Origin: Chloroflexota bacterium
Lineage (GTDB): Bacteria; Chloroflexota; UBA11872; VXNJ01
DNA length: 64,000 nucleotides
NCBI GenBank assembly: GCA_965261345.1
Contig: OZ253449.1
Span: 1,472,001-1,536,000, forward strand
Direction: 5' to 3'
Below are positions 1 through 8,256 of this stretch, piece after piece (positions within the stretch are counted from its first letter, which is position 1; each line of letters opens with the position of its first letter). Both the position numbers and the translations under genes were made by a program. The notes under the pieces were generated by a model that was given only the letters and a program-made list of their open reading frames with translations, was not told where the DNA came from and ran no database searches.

Positions 1-1342
1 TTTTCAGTGAGACTGAAACTTCGGGATCAACCTGCCGGGCCTGCCAGAGGTTGGCGTCCGCGGTCAGGTCGCCAAGGTTGGTCTCCTCGGTGCGCACCGC
101 CGCGCGCCGGCCAGCAAGATACACGCCGGTCCTCCCCAGGACGTTGCCGCCACGATCGGCCAGCACCGCCTTGAGCGCGGAGGCGATCCGGCTAACTTCC
201 GGGTTCGGCAAAAATTGCAGCGATTGGCCGGTCGGCCGGTCGGTTGCGTAAGCTCCGCTTTCGTTGGGATCAACGCTGCCTAAGATCACCAGTCCGCGGT
301 GATCAAAGTCGACCACCAGTCGCCCCAGATAGCGGTAGTCGCCATCGGTATTAACTAGCAGCAACGGATCCCCCGAGGCGGATCGCAGCCGCAGCGGGTA
401 ATCGCCGTAGGCGCGGTCGCCAGGCCACAACCGGTCGCCCTCATCGGCCAGGACGGCGTTTGAACCACCGGCCACGATGATGTCGACGTCCTCCAGCCGG
501 GCGGCCAGATCCCGTTCGATTTCAATCTGCTGTAGGTGGGCGAGCAGGACGACCTTGTCAATGCCCGCGTCCACGAGCTGGTCAACCGACCGCTGCACGA
601 TTTCCGCCAGCGCGTCTACATCGGTGGCATTGGCCGGCGCAACTGCGATCCCGCCGCCGCTGGCGATGCTGTGAAGGTGCGGGGTGGTCGCCCCGACCAC
701 GCCGACCCGCTGGCCTCCAGTGGTGATAACTACGCTTCCGGCCAGGCTGCCGTTTGCCAGCGGAGCCACCAGGGCATCCGCTGCCACCAGGGGGGCGAGA
801 TTGTCATCGCCAGTAAATATCAGGTTGCTGGCAAGGTAGGGGAAGTCGGCTCCGGGATAGGTTGCATCGTCGCTTACAGCGGGGGCGATGATGGATGCAA
901 ACGTGCCGGTTCCAAGATCCAATTCGTTATTACCCAGCGCCGATGCCTGGAAGCCCATCGCGTTGAGCAGTGCGATGTCGCCGCGACCGATTCCGGCCAC
1001 TCCGAGTGCCTGGTCATTGGACGAGTCGGCGGCGGCATAGAACCTTGGTCCGGGGATGAAGTTGTCACCCGAACTTACGACCAGAGTGTTCTCGGGGTAC
1101 TGATCACGAAATCCTTCCAGCAGACCGGAAAAATCCTCCACGTTCTCTAGCGCCCCGCCCGAACCTTCCAGGTCGGAAGCGTGGAGCAATTGGAGTGTAA
1201 AAGTCGATTTGGCGGCCGGCCCAAAATCACCGAGCAGCGGTTCCCCGGCCGACCATCGGCCCAGCGCGACCAGCGTGACAACCGCAATAGCGAACGCAAG
1301 CGCCTGGTAGATTGCCGCCTTTCGGCGCCCATTTCGGACCAT
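1..1342 (-). CDS. Secreted bifunctional metallophosphatase / 5'-nucleotidase (atypical alkaline phosphatase type); 3' end runs off the window
   Basis: Not in the ORF track because there is no stop in the window. Translated by hand from ATG 1342 (RBS-like AGGGA upstream): MVRNGRRKAAIYQALAFAIAVV signal-like N-terminus, then FTLQLLHASDLEG, SSGDNFIPGP, GNNELD, LLAHLQQ, IIVAGGSN, DGDYRYLGRLVVDFD, EETNLGDLTADANL. Confidence 0.85.
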   Translation of the reverse strand, partial: MVRNGRRKAAIYQALAFAIAVVTLVALGRWSAGEPLLGDFGPAAKSTFTLQLLHASDLEGSGGALENVEDFSGLLEGFRDQYPENTLVVSSGDNFIPGPRFYAAADSSNDQALGVAGIGRGDIALLNAMGFQASALGNNELDLGTGTFASIIAPAVSDDATYPGADFPYLASNLIFTGDDNLAPLVAADALVAPLANGSLAGSVVITTGGQRVGVVGATTPHLHSIASGGGIAVAPANATDVDALAEIVQRSVDQLVDAGIDKVVLLAHLQQIEIERDLAARLEDVDIIVAGGSNAVLADEGDRLWPGDRAYGDYPLRLRSASGDPLLLVNTDGDYRYLGRLVVDFDHRGLVILGSVDPNESGAYATDRPTGQSLQFLPNPEVSRIASALKAVLADRGGNVLGRTGVYLAGRRAAVRTEETNLGDLTADANLWQARQVDPEVSVSLK

Positions 1343-1683
1343 GTTGGCTTCCCTATCTGGGCCCTCTGGCCGGCATCACCAGCAGCCCATGGATGCCCTC
1401 CTGCGGCTCCGCCGTTGAGAGCAGATCAGCGGCGGCAGGTCTGGGATCGATCGGAGCCATGCTGCCAGTTGGCCGGTGCCATGCGGTCACCTGCGCGCCG
1501 CCGGGGGAAGGCCTGGAGCGATCTGTGATGCGGCTTTTTGGTCGGGGGTCTGGATTTAGCAACGCCGGAGTCGGCTGGGCCATACTGACCAATCTCCGAT
1601 AGAGCCTACGAGTGATACCTCTGGCCCGTCCTCTATTTAAAGTACCCAATCCCGTCGTAATTTCCAGTATTTATACGAAGGCT

Positions 1684-1950
1684 GGGGCGGTTGACCGGCA
1701 CGGCAGCAACGGCGGGGCCACATCAACATGATCTACCCCGTCCGCCCCCGTAGCGTGAAAGTCCGCACCTGAGATGAAGGCCCCGGTTCTACGATGGACC
1801 GGAATCCACGTGGGGCTCCTGACCTTTGCCACCGTTGCAACAGCTTGTGGCGGAGTACTTTGCCCCCGAAGGTGTGGCAGATTCGGCCCCGACCCCGGAT
1901 GACTGTCCTATCCCGGGGTGCCGAGAGTGCAGATGTCGCTCTCAACCGGC
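1684..1950 (+). ncRNA. Candidate structured non-coding RNA of unknown family
   Basis: At least six consecutive hairpins plus a long-range helix (CGGTTGA 1688-1694 / TCAACCG 1942-1948). The imperfect pairs read as G-U only on the + strand. No convincing ORF. Confidence 0.35.
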
Positions 1951-1975
1951 GGGTTCGCAGTACCGTACGTTCGGG

Positions 1976-2059
1976 TGGGGAAGGAGGGACTCGAACCCTC
2001 ACGGGTATAAACCCACGTGATCCTAAGTCACGCTCGTCTGCCAATTCCGACACTTCCCC
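1976..2059 (-). tRNA. tRNA-Leu(TAG)
   Basis: Acceptor stem GGGGAAG/CTTCCCC plus discriminator A, D-loop GGAATTGGCAGAC, anticodon arm CGTGA-CTTAGGA-TCACG, long variable arm, T-arm GAGGG-TTCGAGT-CCCTC. CCA is not encoded. Confidence 0.97.
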
Positions 2060-2125
2060 CGCGGGGCGCTCACGCGTCGTAACGCCAACCGATGGGACTG
2101 GCGCGACGCGCGAGCGCGGAAATGG

Positions 2126-2740
<615 letters not shown>

Positions 2741-2893
2741 GCGTTTACCGCTTTCGGAAGGGTTGACCGGCAAAGCTTTCGATTGGCGCCGTCAATCGAC
2801 CGGGCGGTGGCGCGAAGGGCCGTTGGGCCTAACGCCAGCGCGCCGACGGGCGCTGGCAAGAAATGTCTAGCCAGGTTCATCAGTTACAAGCAA

Positions 2894-2907
2894 ATGATAA
2901 ATCTCAA
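2894..2907. promoter_or_regulatory. Possible FNR/CRP-family operator between divergent sodA and cupin genes
   Basis: ATGAT-AAAT-CTCAA matches 8 of 10 positions of TTGAT-N4-ATCAA, inside an AT-rich intergenic patch. Confidence 0.25.
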
Positions 2908-3000
2908 TTGCCTACCCAGCGCCCAAGATACTTCTAGTTGGACCGTTAGCACCGGGCGCCCGCCCGCGTGATTTTTTCGATTAATGAGAGATTTACGGCG

Positions 3001-3450
3001 ATGAGTGAAATTGACGATTGCATTTCGCATGTTGATGCGATTGCCCCGTTCCCCTACCAACAACCAACCGAATACGGCGGTCGTGGCAGCTATATCGGGA
3101 TTTCGCGGGCAACCGGGGGAAAGCTACTCGAGGTTGACATCGCAGTCATATCGCCGGGCGACCGCCTCAGCTTTTCGCACTGGCACACCGCTCGCGAAGA
3201 GACCTTCTACGTTCTCAAGGGCAGCCCCACCGTGGTAATCGACGGGGCGGCGCACCAGTTGCGGGTCGGCTCGGTGGTCACCCGGCCAGCCGGGTCCGGC
3301 GTGAGCCATCATTTCGTCAACTGTGGCAGCGAGGACATGTGGATCCTGGGAGTAAATAACGTTCCGGGCAAAGACGTCCTCGACGAGGTGTACCGAACGG
3401 AAGCGGGCTTGGCCTACAACATGAAGACCCAGTCCGAACGTCCGATATAA
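3001..3450 (+). CDS. Cupin domain protein
   Basis: HWHTAREETFYVLKG and SHHFVN cupin metal-binding motifs. Confidence 0.85.
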   Translation: MSEIDDCISHVDAIAPFPYQQPTEYGGRGSYIGISRATGGKLLEVDIAVISPGDRLSFSHWHTAREETFYVLKGSPTVVIDGAAHQLRVGSVVTRPAGSGVSHHFVNCGSEDMWILGVNNVPGKDVLDEVYRTEAGLAYNMKTQSERPI

Positions 3451-3588
3451 ATTTGGCGGCCGGATGATCGAAAATTTCCCATTCGTGAGCGGAAGCAGCC
3501 GGCCGCCAGACCTTGAAATTGCACCATACGAACGACTGGGTCCGGTGGGTCCGCGCGGCCAAATGAAATTACAGCAGAAAGTGCCCAG

Positions 3589-4386
3589 ATGGGAAAAATA
3601 AACGTGCCGGCCTTACTTCGAGTGGCAATCGCCATGGTGGCGATCATGGTGGTGGCGGTATTGATCTTCGTTTTCGTCCAGCAGCGGACGACCGAACCGA
3701 CCGTCGATCCGGTCGAAATCGGGGCCACCCCGACCGACCTGGCCCAGCTCGACCGTTTCGGGATAACCGTTCAGGGCGACGCCGAGCGTTCGGTCGAACC
3801 CGATCACGCGGTAGTTAGCCTGGGCGTGGAAGCGGTCGGCGATTCCTCCAATGAGGCCACAACCCAGCTGGGCATCATCTCCAACCAGATCGTCGACGCG
3901 GTCAGCGCCGCCGGGGTCGCCGATGCCGACATCCAGACCAGCGGGCTCTCACTGTGGCCGGTCTACGGCGATACCAGCCAGGTCCAGCAGGCCACGATTC
4001 TGGGATATCGAGCCAGTGCCAACTACAAGATCACGGTTCGCGAAATCGACAATGTGGCCGCGGTGGTTGACGCTGGGCTGGAGGCCGGCGCCAACTCGAT
4101 TGAGGGAATTGCCTTCGATTCGACCGAGATCGAGTCGGTGCGCGAGGAACTCCTCGGTGAGGCCTCCCGCGAATCGGCGCGCAAGGCCGAATCGATCGCC
4201 CTGGCCCTGGGCGGCGACCTGGGCGGATTGATCTGGCTGGAGGAGCAGTACTACTCCCAGCCGATTGCGGCCCGCGGCGGCCAGTTCGAAATTGCCGCCG
4301 CTTCCGCGGCCGGCCCGGCGGTGGCCGCCGGAACCCTAACCGTTACGGTCCAGGTGCGGGCAAACTTCTCCTTCGAGCGGGGCTGA
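3589..4386 (+). CDS. SIMPL (DUF541/YggE-like) domain protein
   Basis: N-terminal TM helix; ITVQGDAERSVEPD, DIQTSGLSLWP, GYRAS and GANSI segments. Confidence 0.9.
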   Translation: MGKINVPALLRVAIAMVAIMVVAVLIFVFVQQRTTEPTVDPVEIGATPTDLAQLDRFGITVQGDAERSVEPDHAVVSLGVEAVGDSSNEATTQLGIISNQIVDAVSAAGVADADIQTSGLSLWPVYGDTSQVQQATILGYRASANYKITVREIDNVAAVVDAGLEAGANSIEGIAFDSTEIESVREELLGEASRESARKAESIALALGGDLGGLIWLEEQYYSQPIAARGGQFEIAAASAAGPAVAAGTLTVTVQVRANFSFERG

Positions 4387-4415
4387 CCGGGCGAATCAAT
4401 GCGGGCGGCTAAGCG

Positions 4416-5072
4416 ATGAACGGTGGCGATAATTTCGCGGTTCTGGGACTGGGCCGCTTCGGCTCTAACCTGGCGCTAGACCTGGCCCGGATGGGGCATG
4501 AGGTGCTGGCGGTCGACAACGACGAGGCCAAGCTGCACGCGGTGGTCGATTTGGTCGACCACGCCGCCCAAGCCGACATCACCGACGAGGCGTCGCTGCG
4601 CGAGCTCGGGGTCGCCGATTACTCCTGTGCCTGCGTGGCGGTCACCGACCTGCAGACCTCGATCCTCTGCGTGATGCAGCTCAAGCGGCTCGGGGTGCGC
4701 CGGATCCACTGCAAGGTCCGCAACGACCTGCACCGCGAGATCCTCGAGCACCTTGGAGCTGACCAGGTGGTCTTCCCCGAGCAACAGATGGCCTCGCAGG
4801 TGGCCCGCGATCTGGGCACTCCGTCGGTCTCGGAATACCTAGAGGTGATCGGCCCGTTCGGGATCGGCCAGATCCAGGCGCCGTCCGGGTATATCGGCCG
4901 CAGCCTGGCCGAGATCGACCTGCGTACCAAGCTGGACCTGGTGGTCCTGCTCATCCGGCGCGGTTCGCGGGTGATCTTACAACCCGAGATGGACGAGGTA
5001 ATCCACGAGGACGATGTCCTGGTGGTGGCCGGGCGCCAGGTCCAGATGGGAAGCATCGGGCGCGACCTCTAG
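4416..5072 (+). CDS. ktrA: TrkA/KtrA-family potassium uptake RCK subunit
   Basis: FAVLGLGRFG Rossmann motif, LGADQVVFPE, C-terminal TrkA_C domain. Confidence 0.88.
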   Translation: MNGGDNFAVLGLGRFGSNLALDLARMGHEVLAVDNDEAKLHAVVDLVDHAAQADITDEASLRELGVADYSCACVAVTDLQTSILCVMQLKRLGVRRIHCKVRNDLHREILEHLGADQVVFPEQQMASQVARDLGTPSVSEYLEVIGPFGIGQIQAPSGYIGRSLAEIDLRTKLDLVVLLIRRGSRVILQPEMDEVIHEDDVLVVAGRQVQMGSIGRDL

Positions 5073-5212
5073 CCGACCGGCAGCCCCGGTTCGACCCGCC
5101 GCCGGGGTGATCGGTTCGAATCGACCGCTTTTGATTGGTGGCCGATCCGACCCGCCACCGGAAACTGGACTTGCGCAATTTGCAAGCTGTGGCATCTGAG
5201 AGGAAATCAGCG

Positions 5213-6097
5213 ATGAACATTGGATTCGTGGGACTGGGGCTGATGGGCCTGGCAATGGCCCGCAACGTAATTAAGGGTGGGCACCGGGTGACCGGTTACG
5301 ACCCGCTGGACGCGGCCCTGACCCGACTTGCGGAAGCCGGCGGGCGGGCCGCCGCCAGTCCGGCCGCGGTCGGAGCGGAATCAGAAATCGTGGTGGTGAT
5401 GGTCCCCAACGACAATGATGTCCGCGGATCGGTGCTCGGTCCCAACGGAATCGCCGCCGGTCTACCCGCCGGCGGGCAGGTCCTGGTGATGAGCACCATA
5501 TCGCCGACGTGTACCCAGGAAGTCGGCGCGGCGGTGATCGAGCGCGGCCTCGCCTATCTGGAGGCCCCGGTAACTCGTTCCTCGCAGCACGCGATCGACG
5601 GTGAGCTGGGACTACTGGCGGGCGGCAGCGCCGACGACCTCAAGCGCGCCCGCCCGATCCTGGACCTGATGGGCTCAGACATTACCCACTGCGGGCCAAT
5701 CGGGACCGGGGCGGCGATGAAGCTCGTCAACAACATGCTCGCCGGCACGATCGGGGCGGCGGTGGCCGAGTCCTTCGTGCTGGGCGCCAAGGCCGGGCTC
5801 ACCATGGATACGATGCTCTCGGTTCTAACCGGTACCGCCGCCAACTGCGCCGCGCTGGCTGGGATCAAGCGGACCATCGATCTGGGGCGCACCTTCAAGC
5901 CCGGATTCAAGGTAGCCCTACAGCACAAGGACCTGCGCCTGGCCACGACCTGGGCATCGGAAATCGGCGCCATCACTCCGCTGGGTTCGGGCTGCCACCA
6001 CGTGCTTTCGCTCTCGATGGCCAGCGGCAACCGCGACCTGGATTCGAGTGCCAACCTAAAGGTGTTTGAGAACGCCGCCGGAGTCCAGGTGGGCTAA
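5213..6097 (+). CDS. NAD(P)-dependent beta-hydroxyacid dehydrogenase (3-hydroxyisobutyrate/tartronate semialdehyde reductase family)
   Basis: IGFVGLGLMG, EAPV, MKLVNN catalytic Lys and KDLRLA motifs; RBS GAGG before ATG 5213. Confidence 0.9.
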   Translation: MNIGFVGLGLMGLAMARNVIKGGHRVTGYDPLDAALTRLAEAGGRAAASPAAVGAESEIVVVMVPNDNDVRGSVLGPNGIAAGLPAGGQVLVMSTISPTCTQEVGAAVIERGLAYLEAPVTRSSQHAIDGELGLLAGGSADDLKRARPILDLMGSDITHCGPIGTGAAMKLVNNMLAGTIGAAVAESFVLGAKAGLTMDTMLSVLTGTAANCAALAGIKRTIDLGRTFKPGFKVALQHKDLRLATTWASEIGAITPLGSGCHHVLSLSMASGNRDLDSSANLKVFENAAGVQVG

Positions 6098-6237
6098 CCT
6101 CCGGCCCGGCCGCACCGGGTTTGGATTCCAACACCATCGGTTGTAACTGTCACGCTTACAATCGGGGCGCAACCACAACATATTGCGGGCGGATCTACGT
6201 AACCTGCCCGTGACGCCAGTTGTAAGCGGGCAGGGCC

Positions 6238-6579
6238 TTGATCGGCGAATCGGTACGGCTGCTGGGAATTACCCACCAAACCTTGGACCATCGGCAGTTC
6301 GAGATCGAATCGTGCGCAATGCACGATTCGGGCGGCAACTACGATCTGATGGTTTTCGAGATCTCTCGCATGCTGCCGGCCGAACAGCGCCGCTTCTTTC
6401 TGGGGGTCGGATTTCCCAAGACCTATCTGCCGGTTAACGACCAGCTGATCGAGGTGCTGGTCCAGTCCGGGCTCAACCAGATCCGCCGCCAGCTCGACCG
6501 CGGCTGTGAGGAGTCCGATCACGTTTTCGAGCCGTTCAATTACGGAATGGCCCTGCCGCGCGCCCACCGCGGGTCTTAA
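6238..6579 (+). CDS. Hypothetical protein
   Basis: 113-aa ORF with gene-like codon usage filling an intergenic gap; no recognised motif. Confidence 0.65.
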   Translation: MIGESVRLLGITHQTLDHRQFEIESCAMHDSGGNYDLMVFEISRMLPAEQRRFFLGVGFPKTYLPVNDQLIEVLVQSGLNQIRRQLDRGCEESDHVFEPFNYGMALPRAHRGS

Positions 6580-6708
6580 ATAAGCGGACCGCAACCGGCC
6601 GATCGCGCGGCCGCATTGCCGCTCGGCGCTTAAGTTGGCTAATTGCCACGCGCGGCGCGATTATCTTGGCAGAGGGTTGGCGATGCTAGCCGGCTGGAGG
6701 ATTAGCAG

Positions 6709-6996
6709 ATGGTAAGCAAGCAATTCCAGTTTTTCTGGGAGTTGGTCGGCGCCAAGCGCGCCGAAGTATCCGATTTGGAGGCGGCGCTTAGCGTCTGCCA
6801 GAAGGATCAGCTGGAGGCGTGGTTCGAATTTATGGCGATGGGTCATCCGGAGGCGACCGACCAGGATCGGCAGCGGGCGGAAGAGCTCCTGCAAGCGGCC
6901 GAAGACCGGCTCGCCCGGGCCGGCGACGATCTAGGCGAGGCGGGCCGCCGCCTGGTGATATTTGAGGACTACCTGCGGCAGTGCTCGCCGGCGTGA
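6709..6996 (+). CDS. Hypothetical helical (coiled-coil-like) protein
   Basis: Strong GGAGG RBS before ATG 6709; 95 aa, rich in E/A/L/R. Confidence 0.75.
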   Translation: MVSKQFQFFWELVGAKRAEVSDLEAALSVCQKDQLEAWFEFMAMGHPEATDQDRQRAEELLQAAEDRLARAGDDLGEAGRRLVIFEDYLRQCSPA

Positions 6997-7018
6997 TTCG
7001 CCCAGCTTAAATTGTTAA

Positions 7019-7036
7019 AACAGGTGTAAACCTGTT
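7019..7036. promoter_or_regulatory. Palindromic operator candidate upstream of the Fe(III) ABC operon
   Basis: Perfect inverted repeat AACAGGT-gtaa-ACCTGTT in an AT-rich promoter region. Confidence 0.45.
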
Positions 7037-7141
7037 AAATTATCTCGGCAGCGGTTTTGCGGGCAGATGTTGCTCGCCCGCCGCGGTAGGCAGGAAAGCC
7101 AACTGAGAGCGGACAAAATGCCGGGACGCGTCACTGGGATC

Positions 7142-8221
7142 ATGAGCCGCCGCCGGGCGTTGCGAGCCGGACTGGCCGGGGCGGTCGGAATCCTGCTCTC
7201 AGCTTGCGGTGACGACGGCAAGGCGCCGCCGGCACCCGCCGCCGAGGCGACGGTAGCAGCCGGCGCAACCACCCCGCTGCTGGCCAGCGAACCGCCGCCA
7301 CGCCTGCTTCTCTACGCCGGGCGTTCCGAGGAGCTGGTTGGCCCCTTGCTGGAACGGGCCGAAGCGGCCATCGGGGTCGGTATCGATGTCCGCTACGGAT
7401 CATCGGCGGGCCAGGCCGCGGCCATCCTGGAAGAAGGCGAGGCATCGCCGGCCGACCTGTTTATTTCCCAGGACGCCGGATCAATCGGCGCGCTGCAGAA
7501 GGCCGGGCGGCTCGCCGACCTTGATCCGTCCATCCTCGAGCAGGTCGAGTCGCGCTTTAGATCACCGGCCGGCCAGTGGGTGGGGCTCGCGGGGCGCGCC
7601 CGGGTATTTGTCTACAACAATGAAGCAATCGACGCCGCTGATCTGCCGCGCTCGGTCTTTGACCTGTCCGATCCGATCTGGCGGGGGCGCGTCGGCTGGG
7701 CGCCGGGCAACGGCTCGTTCCAGGCGTTTGTCTCGGCGATGCGGCATGTCGCCGGGGAAACGGCGACGGTCGACTGGCTCTCTGCCATGGATGCCAACGA
7801 CGCGCGCGTCTTTCCCAAAAACTCATCGATAGTGGAGGCCATCTGCCTGGGTGAAATCGACGGCGGACTGGTAAATCACTACTATCTGTTGCGCCGCCTG
7901 GCAACCGAACCGGACCTGCCCTGCGCCAACCACTTCTTTGAGCCCGGTGACCTTGGCAACCTGATCAACGTAGCCTGCGCCGCGGTGGTCGGTGGGTCAG
8001 CGAACGCCGCCAATGCGCAAAAATTAATCGAGTTTCTGCTCTCTACCGATGCGCAAACCTATTTCCGCAACGAGACTTTCGAGTACCCGCTCGCTGCCGG
8101 GGTGCAACCGTTCCCCGGTCTGCCGCCGCTGGCCGAAGTCGAGGGCCCGACCCTCGATCTGGGCCAGATGGATGACCTGGAGGGGACCTTAACCCTGCTC
8201 GAATCGGCCGGGGTGTTGTAA
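7142..8221 (+). CDS. Fe(III) ABC transporter substrate-binding lipoprotein (FbpA/FutA family)
   Basis: SRRR Tat motif with LSAC lipobox; YAGR, SPADLF, WVGLAGRARV and VNHYY (tandem Tyr iron ligands). Start is uncertain. Confidence 0.9.
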   Translation: MSRRRALRAGLAGAVGILLSACGDDGKAPPAPAAEATVAAGATTPLLASEPPPRLLLYAGRSEELVGPLLERAEAAIGVGIDVRYGSSAGQAAAILEEGEASPADLFISQDAGSIGALQKAGRLADLDPSILEQVESRFRSPAGQWVGLAGRARVFVYNNEAIDAADLPRSVFDLSDPIWRGRVGWAPGNGSFQAFVSAMRHVAGETATVDWLSAMDANDARVFPKNSSIVEAICLGEIDGGLVNHYYLLRRLATEPDLPCANHFFEPGDLGNLINVACAAVVGGSANAANAQKLIEFLLSTDAQTYFRNETFEYPLAAGVQPFPGLPPLAEVEGPTLDLGQMDDLEGTLTLLESAGVL

Positions 8222-8256
8222 CTGGCCGGCCGCTCCGCCCCGGTTAGCCCGGGTAA

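Noticed and set aside
1745-1775. Resemblance to group II intron domain V, a hammerhead core or a cobalamin riboswitch
   Set aside because: The required flanking helices and conserved cores (AGC triad helix, CUGAUGA, B12 box) are absent.
1343-1975. Possible integrated element at the tRNA-Leu 3' end
   Set aside because: No integrase and no duplicated tRNA 3' end (att) seen; the short ORFs here look spurious.
2775-2860. Possible yybP-ykoY Mn riboswitch upstream of sodA
   Set aside because: Hairpins are present but I see no GGGGAGUAG or GAGACC consensus.
3452-3510. 12-bp hairpin containing GGAAGCAGCC, reminiscent of SRP RNA
   Set aside because: It lacks the TCAGG...GNRA domain IV arrangement and is too short; more likely a 3' stem-loop of the cupin gene.
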